Below, piece after piece: positions 13,075 through 25,420 of a DNA stretch of 64,000 bases. The stretch is from Tubulanus polymorphus. Lineage: Eukaryota; Animalia; Nemertea. Every line of letters starts with the position of its first letter. Position 1 is the stretch's first letter. The stretch is taken from the NCBI RefSeq assembly GCF_964204645.1, contig NC_134028.1:18359653-18423652 (forward strand), written 5' to 3'. The notes beneath the pieces were generated by a model that was not told where the DNA came from, made no database searches, and saw only the letters and a list, made by a program, of their open reading frames with translations. The translations under genes and the position numbers were made by a program.

Positions 13075-14509
13075 ATGGATGTAGAAGGTGGAGAAGATAT
13101 TGGAATGGATAATTTTGATGAACCTGGCATAACTGATGAACAACAACCTAATTTTGATGAAACAAGTTTTAATGACGGTAATGAGCCAGAATATAATAAT
13201 AATTTAAATATGCCTGATTATATTAAAAATGCAGAATCACAATTAAATCCTGAAAATTTAGACCCAGATTTAGTAAAACAAGATTTAGATAATTTAAACA
13301 AAATACCCAAATTAGAACGTATAATTGAAAATTCTAAACTTAACATAAATGATGAAGACGTTGGACCTTTAGCAGATCAATTAAAATTTTTAGATAATGG
13401 TAAATGGTATTATCATTTGAAAGATGATTATTATATTGATATCTCTTATAAAAAACAAAACAAAATATTAACAAAATCAACTTTGAGTAATTTAGATCCA
13501 GATAGAATTAAAAGAATTAGTAATAGTAATGTAATAACTGATGTTATAAAACAAGAATTAACTGGTAATGATATAGACGTATTTAAACAAAGAATTAATG
13601 AATTATTTGAAATAATCAAAAAGAAATCAGAAACAGAAACAACTTCTGAACAGAATATAACTTCCAAAACTAGTAAACTTAAATCAAATAAAGTTCCAAT
13701 TGAAAAACTTTTACCGAATGGATTAATTGATGCAACAGATCAACAATTAGAAGATTCAGATATATTTTCTGATGAAGCAATTAGAGAAATTATTAGTATA
13801 AGAAATGAAGCTGATAAAATTGCACATAATAAAAGTATAAGAGATCAAAAAATTATGTATTTGGAGAAAGAATTAACTAATGCAAATAAAGAAATAGAAC
13901 AACTAAAGTCTGATTTAGATCATCAAGTAATTGATGAAATAGAATATAGGCAAAAAGAATTACGTTTAGAAAAAGAAATTAATAATTTAAAAGATAATTT
14001 AGAAGTACAGAAAGAAGAAATTAAATTATTATTAAAATCATATGATTATAATATTAATAGATTAAAAGTTATTATTTAAAAATTTGTTGATAAAACCAAA
14101 TTCTGAAATATCATTAAAAGATAGAATAAAGTTATTATTTAAATTAGAAGGAATAACAATTCTTTCAATTCTAACAGCTGTAACTATGTTATTTACAACA
14201 ATTGGTTTAGCAATATCAAATTCTTTGAATTCTACTCCTACTCCCAATAAACCGGATAAACCCCCGAATGATAATAATTCTATACAAGATAAAGTTAAGG
14301 ATGGTTTAAAGAAATTAGCAAAATATTTATGGGAACTATCTAAAAAATCTGCTGCAGCATTGCCAGGAGTTATTGCATCAATTGTTGGTTTTATATTGAA
14401 ATCTGCAGGAAACATTATTAACTCTGCTGCTGAACATATTATTTTATTTTTAATTACAGTTGTAAGTGCTATTATTTTTGGGTTAGTAAACATGATAAAA
14501 AATGAATAA
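13075..14509 (+). pseudogene. Coiled-coil plus multi-hydrophobic-helix viral protein; one frameshift
   Basis: Acidic N-terminus and long heptad region, frameshift near 14080, then three hydrophobic or amphipathic segments around a Pro-rich linker. Confidence 0.7.
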
Positions 14510-14529
14510 TTAATTTTTTTGTTAAATAA

Positions 14530-15767
14530 ATGAGTGGGAGTTATATCAATCCTTCTAAGAATCATAGAATATCTAATGCTATTAAAGTAGAAAGATCACA
14601 TCATATAATTACTCATAACCCTTCAAATATTAATCCTGATGAAACTTTATATGTTAGAATTCCTCGATTAACACAAAATACTTTTTATGTTCCAAATAGT
14701 ATTTATTTATCAGCCGATATAAAAGTAATCGGTAATAATAATTATGTTGTTGATAATGTTGGAAGATATTTGATTAAAAAATTAACAATAAAGATTGGCC
14801 CAGAAACAGTTTTCTCATTAAATGATTATAATTTATTTATGCATTATAAAGATTTAAAGAAAATAGAAATAGTATGATATTTCAAGGCATCCAATCAGAA
14901 AACCAAAATAAATTAAGATCAGAAGCGCATAATGCAATATTAACTAATGATATAGATAAATTGATAAAAAGTATATATGGAAGCAAATATAAAATTCCAT
15001 TAGGCTTTGAATTGATAAATAATAATGCACCTTTATATAAATATGCAATTCAAGAAGATATTATATTAGAAATAACATTTGCTCCTGTAAATGAAATTGT
15101 ATTATCTAGCGTTGTTAAAGATATGGGTTATAAATTATCGAATATATGTTTAGAGTATGACACAGTAACTAATGAAAATATTTCAAGTATAATTCAAACT
15201 AAATACAATCAAGGATTTTCATTATTATATGATTATATTGATAAATTTAAAACTGTAACTATTAATGCAAATGATGAAATTATTAATGAGAATATTAACT
15301 TCCCAAGAAGATCTATTAAAGGTATATTAATATTTTTTACAATTGCAACATATACTAATGGTGCAATACAGGTTGATAATTATTATAATCCTGAAATAAC
15401 AAAAGTAGAAATAACTATCGAAGGAATAGCAAATAAAATATTTTGTCAAGGAATGAGAATGATAGATCAATGGCCAGAAATTAGAAAACATTTTATGAAT
15501 GAAAAAGTGAAATCATCTGAAAATTGTAATATTAATCAAATTGATTATTATACCGGTAATATATGCATTATGGTTAGATTTTAGAACAACAGAGGATAAT
15601 TCATTACATGGTTCTGGAAAAAAACTACAGAACACTAAAGATGGAATACAATTATTCATGACAAAGAATTAAGGAATCAAAAATTTTAAATTAAAAATCA
15701 CATTTATATTATATCTGACGCGCAATTAAATATTGTAAATTCTCAATTAAATAGTGTTATGTATTAG
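14530..15767 (+). pseudogene. Putative divergent double-jelly-roll major capsid protein
   Basis: Three frame pieces totalling about 410 aa, beta-strand rich (TLYVRIP, LTIKIG, ILEITF, VEITIEG, YALWLDFR, DAQLNI). Size and position fit a capsid gene. Confidence 0.62.
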
Positions 15768-16253
15768 AATTTTAACTTAAATAAAAATTTATATAATAAA
15801 TGGAAGGAGGTAAAGTTTATAAACATATTCCATACATCGATACACATGAAAATAATGATGGTTTATATTATGTAATACCTTGTAATATAGCTTTGATATT
15901 TGATCCTATTTTCTAAATTTATAAAACTAAACTAATAGAAATCGATAATAATAAAAGTAGTGTTGTTGATAATTCAAGTAATGTAATTGATAATAATAAT
16001 GTAATACCTTCTACATCTAATAATGTAATAGCTTCTACATCTAATAATGCAATACCTGTTTCGAAAGTTCGGTTACTAAGCCGCTCATCTGGTTTGTGTT
16101 TATATATTTACTGTGGATGACATCTTGTTTATGTTTATTCTCCATCTATGTGAAATAAAATCAGTCACTTCCAAGGTTTCGTAGTAACCAGACGTGTTGC
16201 TTCTTTCTCTCGGATCTGTCCCCTCTGGTCGAATCGAACCTTTCACGACATTT

Positions 16254-16271
16254 TGGTGCCGTGACCAGGAT
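16254..16271 (+). other. Primer binding site, tRNA-His-like
   Basis: TGGTGCCGTGACCAGGAT lies 3 nt after the 5' LTR and resembles the canonical His PBS TGGTGCCGTGACTCGGAT. Confidence 0.8.
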
Positions 16272-19200
16272 GGGGTCAGAAGGAAGGCTAACGGCAATCA
16301 GAAGGGCCCAACGGGGCCAAATGACGAAGATTTTCGGAAAAACGGAAGAAAAACTAGCAGAGATTCTACTCGTCGATGAAAGTTCAAGAACTCTGGAAAC
16401 TGTTCAACCGTTCTCCACTTTAATCGACGCGCTGTTCACAAAATTCGAATATTTACGACAATTAGACCAACAATTAATGGATGAAATCGTTGATGAAACC
16501 GAGTTAACTAACACTATAGTTGAATCAGATGATTATCTCACTGAGATACAAATCAAACTCGGTCGATTCAAACTGAACTTGGATAATCTACTAGCGAAGA
16601 TACCAAAACCACAATCGCTAAACGAATCTGTAAGTACCATCAATCGAAGCAGTACTACCTCAACCGGCAGTAAAAAAGTCAATCTACCAAAATTGGCTCT
16701 CCCAAATTTCGATGGTGACATTTTGAAATGGTCTACTTTCTACGATAATTTCATCTCAGCCGTCGATAGCGATCCGCATTTGGACGATATCCAGAAGTTT
16801 CAATATTTGGTCGCACAACTCACTGACGAAGCAGCGCGTACCATAGAAGGTCTGCAAATAACTAGCGCTAACTACAAAGAAGCTCTGACGATCTTAGTAG
16901 AAAGATACGGTCAACCTCACAAGATCGTGAACGCGTACATCAGAGCTTTATTAGATTTGCAGCCACCGCAGGATCACGAGAGTCTACGCGAATTTTACGA
17001 TTCTTTGGAAACATATATTCGAGGATTGCGCGCGCTCGGGAAATCGGAAGATGCGTTCGGTGACATACTCGTTCCGGTAGTCTTCGATAAGCTACCGAGT
17101 CCCGTCAGAACACAAATTTCACGGGAGCACGGAGACCGCGCCTGGACACTTAAAGAACTACGCGACGCGATCCGAAAGGAAATACAAGCTACACAGGCAG
17201 GAGCGAGCTGCGTCAACTTCGATAATGAAAAATTATCCGCTCTTCATATAAGCACTAAAACGAGGAAAAATCCGGCCTCGAAAAACAACAGTTGCGCGTT
17301 CTGCAAGGGTCCACATACGGCGTTCTCATGCGATATAATCGTTAACCCAAAAAAGCGACAAGACATCATAAAGGCAAATCGTAAGTGTTATAACTGTTTT
17401 GGCAATCACATGGTAACAGCTTGCCAATCGAAATATCGTTGTAAGGTTTGCAAAGGCAAACACCACACTGCTATTCATATAGATCGAAATACTGATACGC
17501 ATATTGAATCAAAAAATATTCATGTCAATATAGCTCCAACTTCAAGTCCTGTTCTCTTGAAATCGGCTATTGGTCAAATAAATTATGGTTCGAATTCGAC
17601 CACGGTAAATATCTTGTTTGACGAAGGAGCGCAGTGCTCATTCATCACTAAAAAGTCGGTAAATGAATTAGGTGTCCGATTGGACAAATTTGAAAAGCAA
17701 GATGTAAATATTTCCACCTTTGGTGACAATTCGCCTGGGGCACGTACTCTACGGAGTATAGATTTAAAACTTCGTACGCGTAAAGGCGAAATTGGTTTAC
17801 GTGCATTAGTTGTACCGGAAATATGTCCACCAATTCAGAACAATGTAAAACTTGCTGTGACAAATCACCCGTACCTTCGAAATTTACCATTAGCACCGTA
17901 CGTCAACACCAGCAATTATGAAATTAATCTATTAATCGGTGCTGATTATTACTGGTCGATCGTAGAGAATGAAGTGGTTAGAGGAGCTGGCCCGACAGCT
18001 GTCAGTTCCAAACTCGGGTTCCTTCTATCAGGACCCATCAATTTGAATGCGAATACATCGGTACTCCATACTACCTGTCTTTTGAATACTATACATTCAA
18101 ACGATGAATTCTCAAAATTATCTAACTACTGGGATCTTGAAGTAATTGGCATCAAGGAAACGATTAAATCTGAAACAATGAATTTTGAAACGTATCGAGA
18201 CAATTACCTTAAACGCGATACCAGTGGTAAATATATAGCGAATTTACCTTGGAAAGAAGATTATCCACCGCTCCCTACCAATTTTGATATTTGTACCGCT
18301 AGAACTAGATCTATGGTTAAACGCTTGTCTCCAGAACTGAGGCAGAAATATAATGCGATAATAGCAGAGCAACTTTCACGCGAATTTATTGAGATAGTAG
18401 AAAATGATGACAAGAGCCAGGGCCATTACATACCGCACCACTCGGTTAAAAAGGAATCAATCACAACACCGATTAGAATTGTTTATGATTGTAGTTGTAA
18501 ACAAGGGGATAATCCTAGTTTGAACGACTGTCTGGAAAGCGGTCCTTCATTAATAAATGATCTTGTGCAGATATTAATCCGCTTTCGCACGAATAACGTC
18601 GCATTTACAAGTGATATTGAAAAGGCATTTTTAAATGTAAAACTCGGTGAAAACGATAGAAATTTCACAAAATTTCTATGGCTATCAGATCCTACGGATC
18701 CCGATAGTCCCTTCAAGGTCTATCGTTTCAAATCAGTACTTTTCGGGTCCACTAGCTCACCATTCATCTTAAATTCTGTAGTGAAAACGCATCTACAGTC
18801 CGAAAATACAGAAATCTCAATCGATATGCAATCAAACATATACGTCGATAACGTTCTCAGTGGCTCTCATAACGCTAAAAAAGCAATTGAATATTTTGAA
18901 GAAGCCACGAATACTATGAGCAGGGGTGGATTTATTTTGAGATCATGGGCTACAAACGACCCAGAACTAAGATCGTTGATAAAACAACAGGCAATGGGTG
19001 AGAATGATGAAATCGTCAATGTCGTAGGGTTACAATGGGATACGATTAGTGATACTCTTCAGTTTTCAAAGGCCATAAAAGACCCAGCTATGTGCACTCA
19101 GTCTGTGGTATCTAAGCGGGAAGTTGTGAGCGTAACAGCGTCACTATTTCACCCCCTTGGTCTCCTCTCGCCTGTGCATATTCAAGCTAAAATGTTTATC

Positions 19201-21597
19201 CAGAAATTGTGGCAATCTAAACAAACTTGGGATGAACCCTTATCTGATGAATTATCATCACTCTGGTTTGAAATACATCAGCAGTTATACGCCTGTCAAC
19301 ATACAGCTATACAAAGACCATATTTTGGTCAACCGACTAGTGAATGTGAACTACACATTTTTGCTGATGCCAGTCCCAATGCTTATGGGGCTGTAGCTTA
19401 TCTGAAAACTGACAAATCGACTTCAATCATTATGGCAAAATCACGGGTTAAACCATTAAAAGAGGTTACTATCCCTAGACTTGAATTATTGGCAGCACTG
19501 ATCGCTGCACGGCTCGCGAAATTTATCCGTGATGCATTCGACAAGTCAAATTTAAGTTTAACAAAATGTGTTCTTTGGTCCGATAGTCAGATCACAATAC
19601 ATTGGATTCGGAGTGAGAAGAAATTACCCACATTCGTCGAAAACAGAGTCCGTGAAATTCGGTCTGTCAAATTTGACATAATCAATTATTGTCCTACAAA
19701 GGACAACCCTGCTGATCTCTTGACTCGGGGCATCAATACCCAAGACTTGGATAATAGTAGATTATGGTGGTTTGGACCAACTTGGCTGCCTAATGGCGAT
19801 TGGCCAATTGATCGATTGAATAATTCAACTGTACTATATTGTTCAGTAAATAATTCTGAATCGCACTCTCAACAGTGTGCAGAATTAGCTAGTACTAATT
19901 CTATCTCAGTTCTATCAACCACCGCAACTCCATCAGAACCGTCTGGAATACAAAACGTAATAGATGTCGAGCAATTCAATTCGCTGCATAAATTACTTCG
20001 AGTCACAGCATGTGTACTACGCTTTATTTCTATTATGAAGAAGACATGTCAACCTAGACATAATCATATTACCGTGCCAGAAATACGTTTGGCTCGTACT
20101 ACGTGGGTTCGCTCTTTGCAAGATGACGAATTTTCAAATGAAATTAAATGTATTCAGAAAGGGGGACGAGGTACCCAATTGACTAAACAATTAAACCTAT
20201 TCACTGATAAAGAGGGTTTAATTAGATGTGGCGGTCGTTTTCAAAACGCGAATCTTAACTACAACGCTAAGTACCCAATATTATTGCCATCGAAGCACCC
20301 ATACACAAAATTAGTAATTAGTGACGCCCATAAAATGGTTCTACACAGTGGGTTACAATCAACTTTGTGTTACATACGTCAATCATATTGGATACCAAGA
20401 ATTAGGCAAATAGTTAGCCCAATTATTAGAAAATGCTCAGTTTGCATTAGACATGATGGTAAATCATATCGTGCGCCAATCACGCCTCCGTTACCTGCCT
20501 GTAGACTAAAAGAAGCTCCACCCTTTACCATCACAGGCGTTGATTTCACTGGCCATTTATATTATCGCACGAAACACTCAAAACAGAACAAGGCATACAT
20601 ATGTCTATTTACATGCGCCGTTTCCAGGGCAATACATCTGGAAATAGTCACTGATCTGACGCCTGCTTCCTTTATGAGAGCATTTCGCAGATTTGCCAGC
20701 AGGAGGTCGTTGCCAAGTCAATTGATCTCTGATAATGGTTCAACATTTTTGTCTGCAGAAAACGATATCAAAGAAATATTCAAATCAACAAAAGTCAGAA
20801 ACTTTCTGTCTAACAAACTTGTTACTTGGACATTTATACCGAAACGCGCGCCATGGTTTGGCGGATTTTATGAAAGATTAGTCGGTATAACAAAAAACAC
20901 TTTGAAAAAAGTAGTTGGTCGAGCGTGTATTACCTTGGACGAATTGTCGACTCTAATTACTGAAATAGAGGCTACAATAAACGATCGTCCTCTAACGTAC
21001 ATGACAAATGATGACGATGAGATCATTCCCTTAACTCCATCACATTTAATTTGTGGGAGAATGATTACTCTGTTACCTCAACCGGTAGTTGAAGAAAACG
21101 AACTAATTGATCCGAATTTTAACTTACCGCCCATCGGTTTCTCCGACGCGAAGAAACGCATGAAATACTTAGACAGTCTTTTCCAAGATTACTGGATACG
21201 GTGGCGAAATGAATATTTGCCAACCTTAAGGGAAAACCACTGTCAGACGCTAAAGCGGGGTGGCATTACGGAAAATCATGTCAAAATAGGCGATATAGTG
21301 ATCGTTCATGATGACTCAAAAAAGAGAATCTTTTGGCAACTCGCTATCATTGAAGGTCTGAACAAGGGCTACGACGGTCTTGTGAGATCCGCGGTAATTC
21401 GTACTAAAAGCGGGATTACGAATAGACCCCTTAAAAAATTATACCCCTTAGAAATCAATTCTGATAGTGGCGAGAAAATGAATGATGAATCATCGCCTCT
21501 AATTAGTAATATTCAACCCCCAATGAAAATAAAACGAAATGCAGCATTGAACGCTAGAAATAAAATAAAAAACTGGTGTGACAAACTGGTCGACTAA
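16270..21597 (+). CDS. gag-pol: BEL/Pao gag-pol polyprotein (gag with triple Cys-His knuckles, protease, RT, RNase H, integrase)
   Basis: LPKLALPNFDG; CAFC..H..C / CYNC..H..C / CKVC..HH; LFDEGAQ; DIEKAF; YVDN; FADAS..AYG; GVDFTG; SDNG; PWFGGFYERLV. No stops. Confidence 0.96.
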   Translation: MGSEGRLTAIRRAQRGQMTKIFGKTEEKLAEILLVDESSRTLETVQPFSTLIDALFTKFEYLRQLDQQLMDEIVDETELTNTIVESDDYLTEIQIKLGRFKLNLDNLLAKIPKPQSLNESVSTINRSSTTSTGSKKVNLPKLALPNFDGDILKWSTFYDNFISAVDSDPHLDDIQKFQYLVAQLTDEAARTIEGLQITSANYKEALTILVERYGQPHKIVNAYIRALLDLQPPQDHESLREFYDSLETYIRGLRALGKSEDAFGDILVPVVFDKLPSPVRTQISREHGDRAWTLKELRDAIRKEIQATQAGASCVNFDNEKLSALHISTKTRKNPASKNNSCAFCKGPHTAFSCDIIVNPKKRQDIIKANRKCYNCFGNHMVTACQSKYRCKVCKGKHHTAIHIDRNTDTHIESKNIHVNIAPTSSPVLLKSAIGQINYGSNSTTVNILFDEGAQCSFITKKSVNELGVRLDKFEKQDVNISTFGDNSPGARTLRSIDLKLRTRKGEIGLRALVVPEICPPIQNNVKLAVTNHPYLRNLPLAPYVNTSNYEINLLIGADYYWSIVENEVVRGAGPTAVSSKLGFLLSGPINLNANTSVLHTTCLLNTIHSNDEFSKLSNYWDLEVIGIKETIKSETMNFETYRDNYLKRDTSGKYIANLPWKEDYPPLPTNFDICTARTRSMVKRLSPELRQKYNAIIAEQLSREFIEIVENDDKSQGHYIPHHSVKKESITTPIRIVYDCSCKQGDNPSLNDCLESGPSLINDLVQILIRFRTNNVAFTSDIEKAFLNVKLGENDRNFTKFLWLSDPTDPDSPFKVYRFKSVLFGSTSSPFILNSVVKTHLQSENTEISIDMQSNIYVDNVLSGSHNAKKAIEYFEEATNTMSRGGFILRSWATNDPELRSLIKQQAMGENDEIVNVVGLQWDTISDTLQFSKAIKDPAMCTQSVVSKREVVSVTASLFHPLGLLSPVHIQAKMFIQKLWQSKQTWDEPLSDELSSLWFEIHQQLYACQHTAIQRPYFGQPTSECELHIFADASPNAYGAVAYLKTDKSTSIIMAKSRVKPLKEVTIPRLELLAALIAARLAKFIRDAFDKSNLSLTKCVLWSDSQITIHWIRSEKKLPTFVENRVREIRSVKFDIINYCPTKDNPADLLTRGINTQDLDNSRLWWFGPTWLPNGDWPIDRLNNSTVLYCSVNNSESHSQQCAELASTNSISVLSTTATPSEPSGIQNVIDVEQFNSLHKLLRVTACVLRFISIMKKTCQPRHNHITVPEIRLARTTWVRSLQDDEFSNEIKCIQKGGRGTQLTKQLNLFTDKEGLIRCGGRFQNANLNYNAKYPILLPSKHPYTKLVISDAHKMVLHSGLQSTLCYIRQSYWIPRIRQIVSPIIRKCSVCIRHDGKSYRAPITPPLPACRLKEAPPFTITGVDFTGHLYYRTKHSKQNKAYICLFTCAVSRAIHLEIVTDLTPASFMRAFRRFASRRSLPSQLISDNGSTFLSAENDIKEIFKSTKVRNFLSNKLVTWTFIPKRAPWFGGFYERLVGITKNTLKKVVGRACITLDELSTLITEIEATINDRPLTYMTNDDDEIIPLTPSHLICGRMITLLPQPVVEENELIDPNFNLPPIGFSDAKKRMKYLDSLFQDYWIRWRNEYLPTLRENHCQTLKRGGITENHVKIGDIVIVHDDSKKRIFWQLAIIEGLNKGYDGLVRSAVIRTKSGITNRPLKKLYPLEINSDSGEKMNDESSPLISNIQPPMKIKRNAALNARNKIKNWCDKLVD

Positions 21598-23324
21598 TGC
21601 ACAGGTTCAGCCTAATCAGAGTATAATTCAAACTTATGTTCATAATGTTTCTTAATATGAGTTAATTTCATTTTTGAAGATTTATAATGTTAAGAACATG
21701 TTCTTCTATGTTTTTCAATTATTAAAATGTGTAAATGACGATCACCATAGTATATATGTAAAATTTAATGTTAATTGAAATGTAAGTTGAATCTTAACAG
21801 TGAAAATCATGTATGTATACATTCAAGCACAAATTGTATTAATGTTGAAATACTATGTAATTTCCTTTCTATTATATACCTGAATATATATCGGAGTAAA
21901 TGTTCTTTTTATTTCTGATATTCACATGTTTTTAATTTCAAGAATACGTCAATCAATATTGTAATCTGTTATCTCATAATAATGCTATACAATATCCTAG
22001 TTATCATGTATACACCTATATTTTAGTTGAGACACAACGCAATGTCATAGTTTAACGTCAAAGCTTAATGTCAATGTTTAATGTCAAAGCAATCTCAGTT
22101 TTGTGTTAAATGAAGATTAAGAGTAATGCAAACTTAATGTATCGAAGATTTAGTGATTCTGATATGAAATTGGAAATTGATTAATTTCTCATTTTTTACG
22201 TAGGCTTATTAACCTCATAGGTATTCCTAATAGCACATAGGCATTATACATCCTATTTTTTCTTCCCGCCGCCGGGAGTGTTTCGAAAGTTCGGTTACTA
22301 AGCCGCTCATCTGGTTTGTGTTTATATATTTACTGTGGATGACATCTTGTTTATGTTTATTCTCCATCTATGTGAAATAAAATCAGTCACTTCCAAGGTT
22401 TCGTAGTAACCAGACGTGTTGCTTCTTTCTCTCGGATCTGTCCCCTCTGGTCGAATCGAACCTTTCACGACAATACCTTCTACATCCAATAATGTAATAC
22501 CTACTACATCTAATAATGCAATACCTTCTACATCTAATAATGTAATACCTTCTACATCTAATAATGAAATAATATTAAATATTAGTGAAAATAGAAATTA
22601 TTGTGATTATTGTAAAGGTGAATCAAACGCTTCATCAAATTGGAATAATCATATGAATACAAATTCACATATTATTAATGTAATAGATCGTGTCGGTATA
22701 AGAGAATTTATAGAACACCCATTTAATTATGTTACAAAGTTTGTTTCAAATAAAAAAGTAGATGGTAAAGATTTATATAAAGATTCATTAGGTGAATTTA
22801 TCTAAGGAACGTAGTAATGATAAATTAGATTTATCTGCTGCTAAAAAAATATTAGGATCAAACATTGTAAATGAAATGTTGGAGTCAAACACTAAGAAAG
22901 ATGACAATGAAAATATAGTTACAGATAAGCATATTGATATTAAAGATTCTATGAAACATAAAGTAAAAAATGATGATAAATTTGATTGGATGAATAAGCA
23001 TAACAATGAAACAACTATTGATGATGCGGTAAAAAGGGTGAAGAATAAGTATAAAAATAATAAAGAATTTGAAGAAGAAAATTCGGTAGAGATTTTGAAA
23101 AAATTGATGGGGTATGATAGTGAAAGTGATTAAAATATTAATTGTATTTAACACAAAAATAATATTGGTTGAAAATTGTATAAAATAATAGTAAATAAAA
23201 AAAGGGTTTTTAAATAAATTGGTTGAAAATTGTATGAATAATATTTATTTTAAAAAGGGGGTTTTAAGTATTAATGTATTTAATACGTATTTAATACGTA
23301 TTAGATGGATAGATATATAAATAG

Positions 23325-23926
23325 TTATTTTATAAATTTATATTCATATGGAAATTGAAGCCTCAGTAATAATTTTGAACCTTTATTATTCTTTAATTTA
23401 TTCATATATTCATCATGTAATTCAGTAGGTATAATTTGATTTTCTTCCAATGATTGTTGCATAGATTTTCTATCTTTATTGTAGAATAAAACTATAAATC
23501 TTATATTCTCCCTAAAGTCTTTAACAATTGAATTATATTTTTGATTTAAAACCCATGTTGTTATCCCAAAATGTCTCTCAGAGAAAGCTAAATAACATAA
23601 CTCACTTTCTAATCATGTTAATTAGCGCAATCATCTACAATGAATAATGTATTTGATCCTTTATAAGTATCAATTGCTATTTTAATACAATTATCTAAAT
23701 TTTCTTTTACTGTTTTAGGATCTAATATAATAAACTTCTTTATTTTAACTATATCTCTATTATATGTTTTATTCACTTCATAAGTAGGGCAGAATAATAT
23801 TATATTATCAAAATGATTCTTATAAATAGTTTCTAACAAATCTAATATGAAATGTGTTTTACCACAGTTTCTTACTCCAGTTATTAACATATTATGCGGT
23901 TCAAATATAAATAAATCTTTATTCAT
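23325..23926 (-). pseudogene. A32/FtsK-type genome packaging ATPase
   Basis: Walker A ITGVRNCGKT and Walker B FIVDDC. After a frameshift near 23615: LAFSERHFGITTWVLNQKY..RENI. Confidence 0.88.
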
Positions 23927-25007
23927 TTATTCTTTTAATTTTACTAGATAAAATCCATTCATTAAATTTATCATCATATCCTTTATATTTCACCAAAGAA
24001 TACTTTTTTCCTTTAAGAGTTTTTGTTTTCAATACTTTTTCTATTTTGTATTCTATTTCATCTGGATTTGGTACAAGTGATAATTCTTGTTCATAGAAAT
24101 AACCTAATATTTCTTCATCTTTTACATCTTCTAGTTCATAAACAAATGGTTTAGTTAATATTATCTTTTTAATCTTGAATATTTCTTCAGTAAAATTTAG
24201 GGTATAACCTTTATAAAAGGTTTTTCTATATTTAGATATTCTGACATGTTGCCTAATTTTAAATTTAGGTTCTCCGAAATCATGTGTAACAAACGCTCCA
24301 TATAAATTATTCCAAACTATTTCCGAATTATCTTCTTTTCTAGCTTGTATAGGTTTCATATTTATAGAACGATGTTTAGAATTATTATAACCTTTCACTA
24401 AATCATCTAACACATCGATATATTTATATGTTTCATTAGCAGTAAAATATTTCCACATTCTAGTTTTCAATGTTTTATTAAATCTTTCTATAATAGATGC
24501 TTTTTTATCTGAATGTGTTGAAAAATAATCTTCCTCGTTATCAGATAATAGTTTTTAAAAATGTTTGTTATAAAATTCCTTACCTTCATCAAATTGTATC
24601 TTATCTGGAATAGCTTCTTTAAATATAGATTTAAAAGCATTTGTAACTTCTATACCAGTTGTATTTTTGATTGGAATTGACCATGCGTATCTACTGAATA
24701 TGTCTATAACATTCAGTATCCAGAAATATCCTTTGTTGTATTCCTCTAAGTTCTTCATGTCAATTAAATCAGCTTGCCATTGTTTATCGATATATGAAAC
24801 CATAACTTTTCTTGTTAAATAAGTTTTATCCATTTTCTAATGGATTTGATATGTTGGTTGATTTTGTAACCATGATTTCAATTCACTATATTTTATATCA
24901 CCATTTTCATTATCAGATTTAATTTTATTCCATAATTCTGAAACGTTAGAATATGATACTTCACTTTCTGGGTAATATAACTCTCTTAAATATTGTTCTT
25001 TTTTCAT
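23919..25007 (-). pseudogene. Retroviral-type (rve) integrase with C-terminal chromodomain
   Basis: QWQADLIDM, VIDIFSRYAW, DEGKEF, YNNSKHRSINMKP, chromo YKIEKVL..LVKYKGYDDKFNEWI. Several disruptions. Confidence 0.93.
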
Positions 25008-25014
25008 CTTATTT

Positions 25015-25420
25015 TAATCCATTAATAATAATTTAGATTTAGTTTCAATGACTTTATGATTTGACTTATTTTCTGGTATGATAGGTTTATTATCATTGGA
25101 ATCATCTTTATCATCAGATTTATACTTATATTTATATGTTACACCAGAGAATATAATAATAATTTTGATTTATATATTACACCGGATGATATAATGACTG
25201 TTACTAATCCAATCGTAATATATAATTTATAATTACTTCCAGCATTAGAAGAATTAGATGGATTATTATTTGAATCAATATCAGATAAAGTCTGTGATTC
25301 ATTTATATCAGTTAATTTCTTTTTCTTAGCTTTTTTTAATTCTGCAGATCTTTTACCTAATTCTCTTGCCCATATAATTTGTTTCTCGGATCTAACCTTT
25401 TTCTTAACGCCATCACTCAT
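25015..25420 (-). pseudogene. Basic N-terminal, single-TM viral protein
   Basis: TAAATG start, Lys-rich head and LYITIGLVTVIISSGVIY. An apparent frameshifted tail ends KSKLLLMD. Confidence 0.6.

Larger units (their letters stand above)
16057..22472 (+). mobile_element. Full-length BEL/Pao LTR retrotransposon
   Basis: 194-bp TG..CA LTRs (16057-16250, 22279-22472), identical by eye. 5-bp TSD ATACC. Single long ORF. Confidence 0.97.
15800..23133 (+). pseudogene. Viral gene with 8-aa repeats and a C2H2 finger, interrupted by the BEL element
   Basis: TAAATG start at 15800. (IPSTSNNV)n 24-bp repeats lie on both sides of the insertion, followed by CDYC...HMNTNSH; continues through a frameshift into the 22792 ORF. 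Confidence 0.65.

Noticed and set aside
13446-14565. Antisense ORFs over viral, BEL, LINE and Gypsy genes (e.g. 14062-14565, 38892-39329)
   Set aside because: Shadow frames of real genes on the opposite strand, with no motifs.
21598-22278. env gene in the BEL 3' region
   Set aside because: About 680 bp of AT-rich sequence with no ORF of 60 aa or more.
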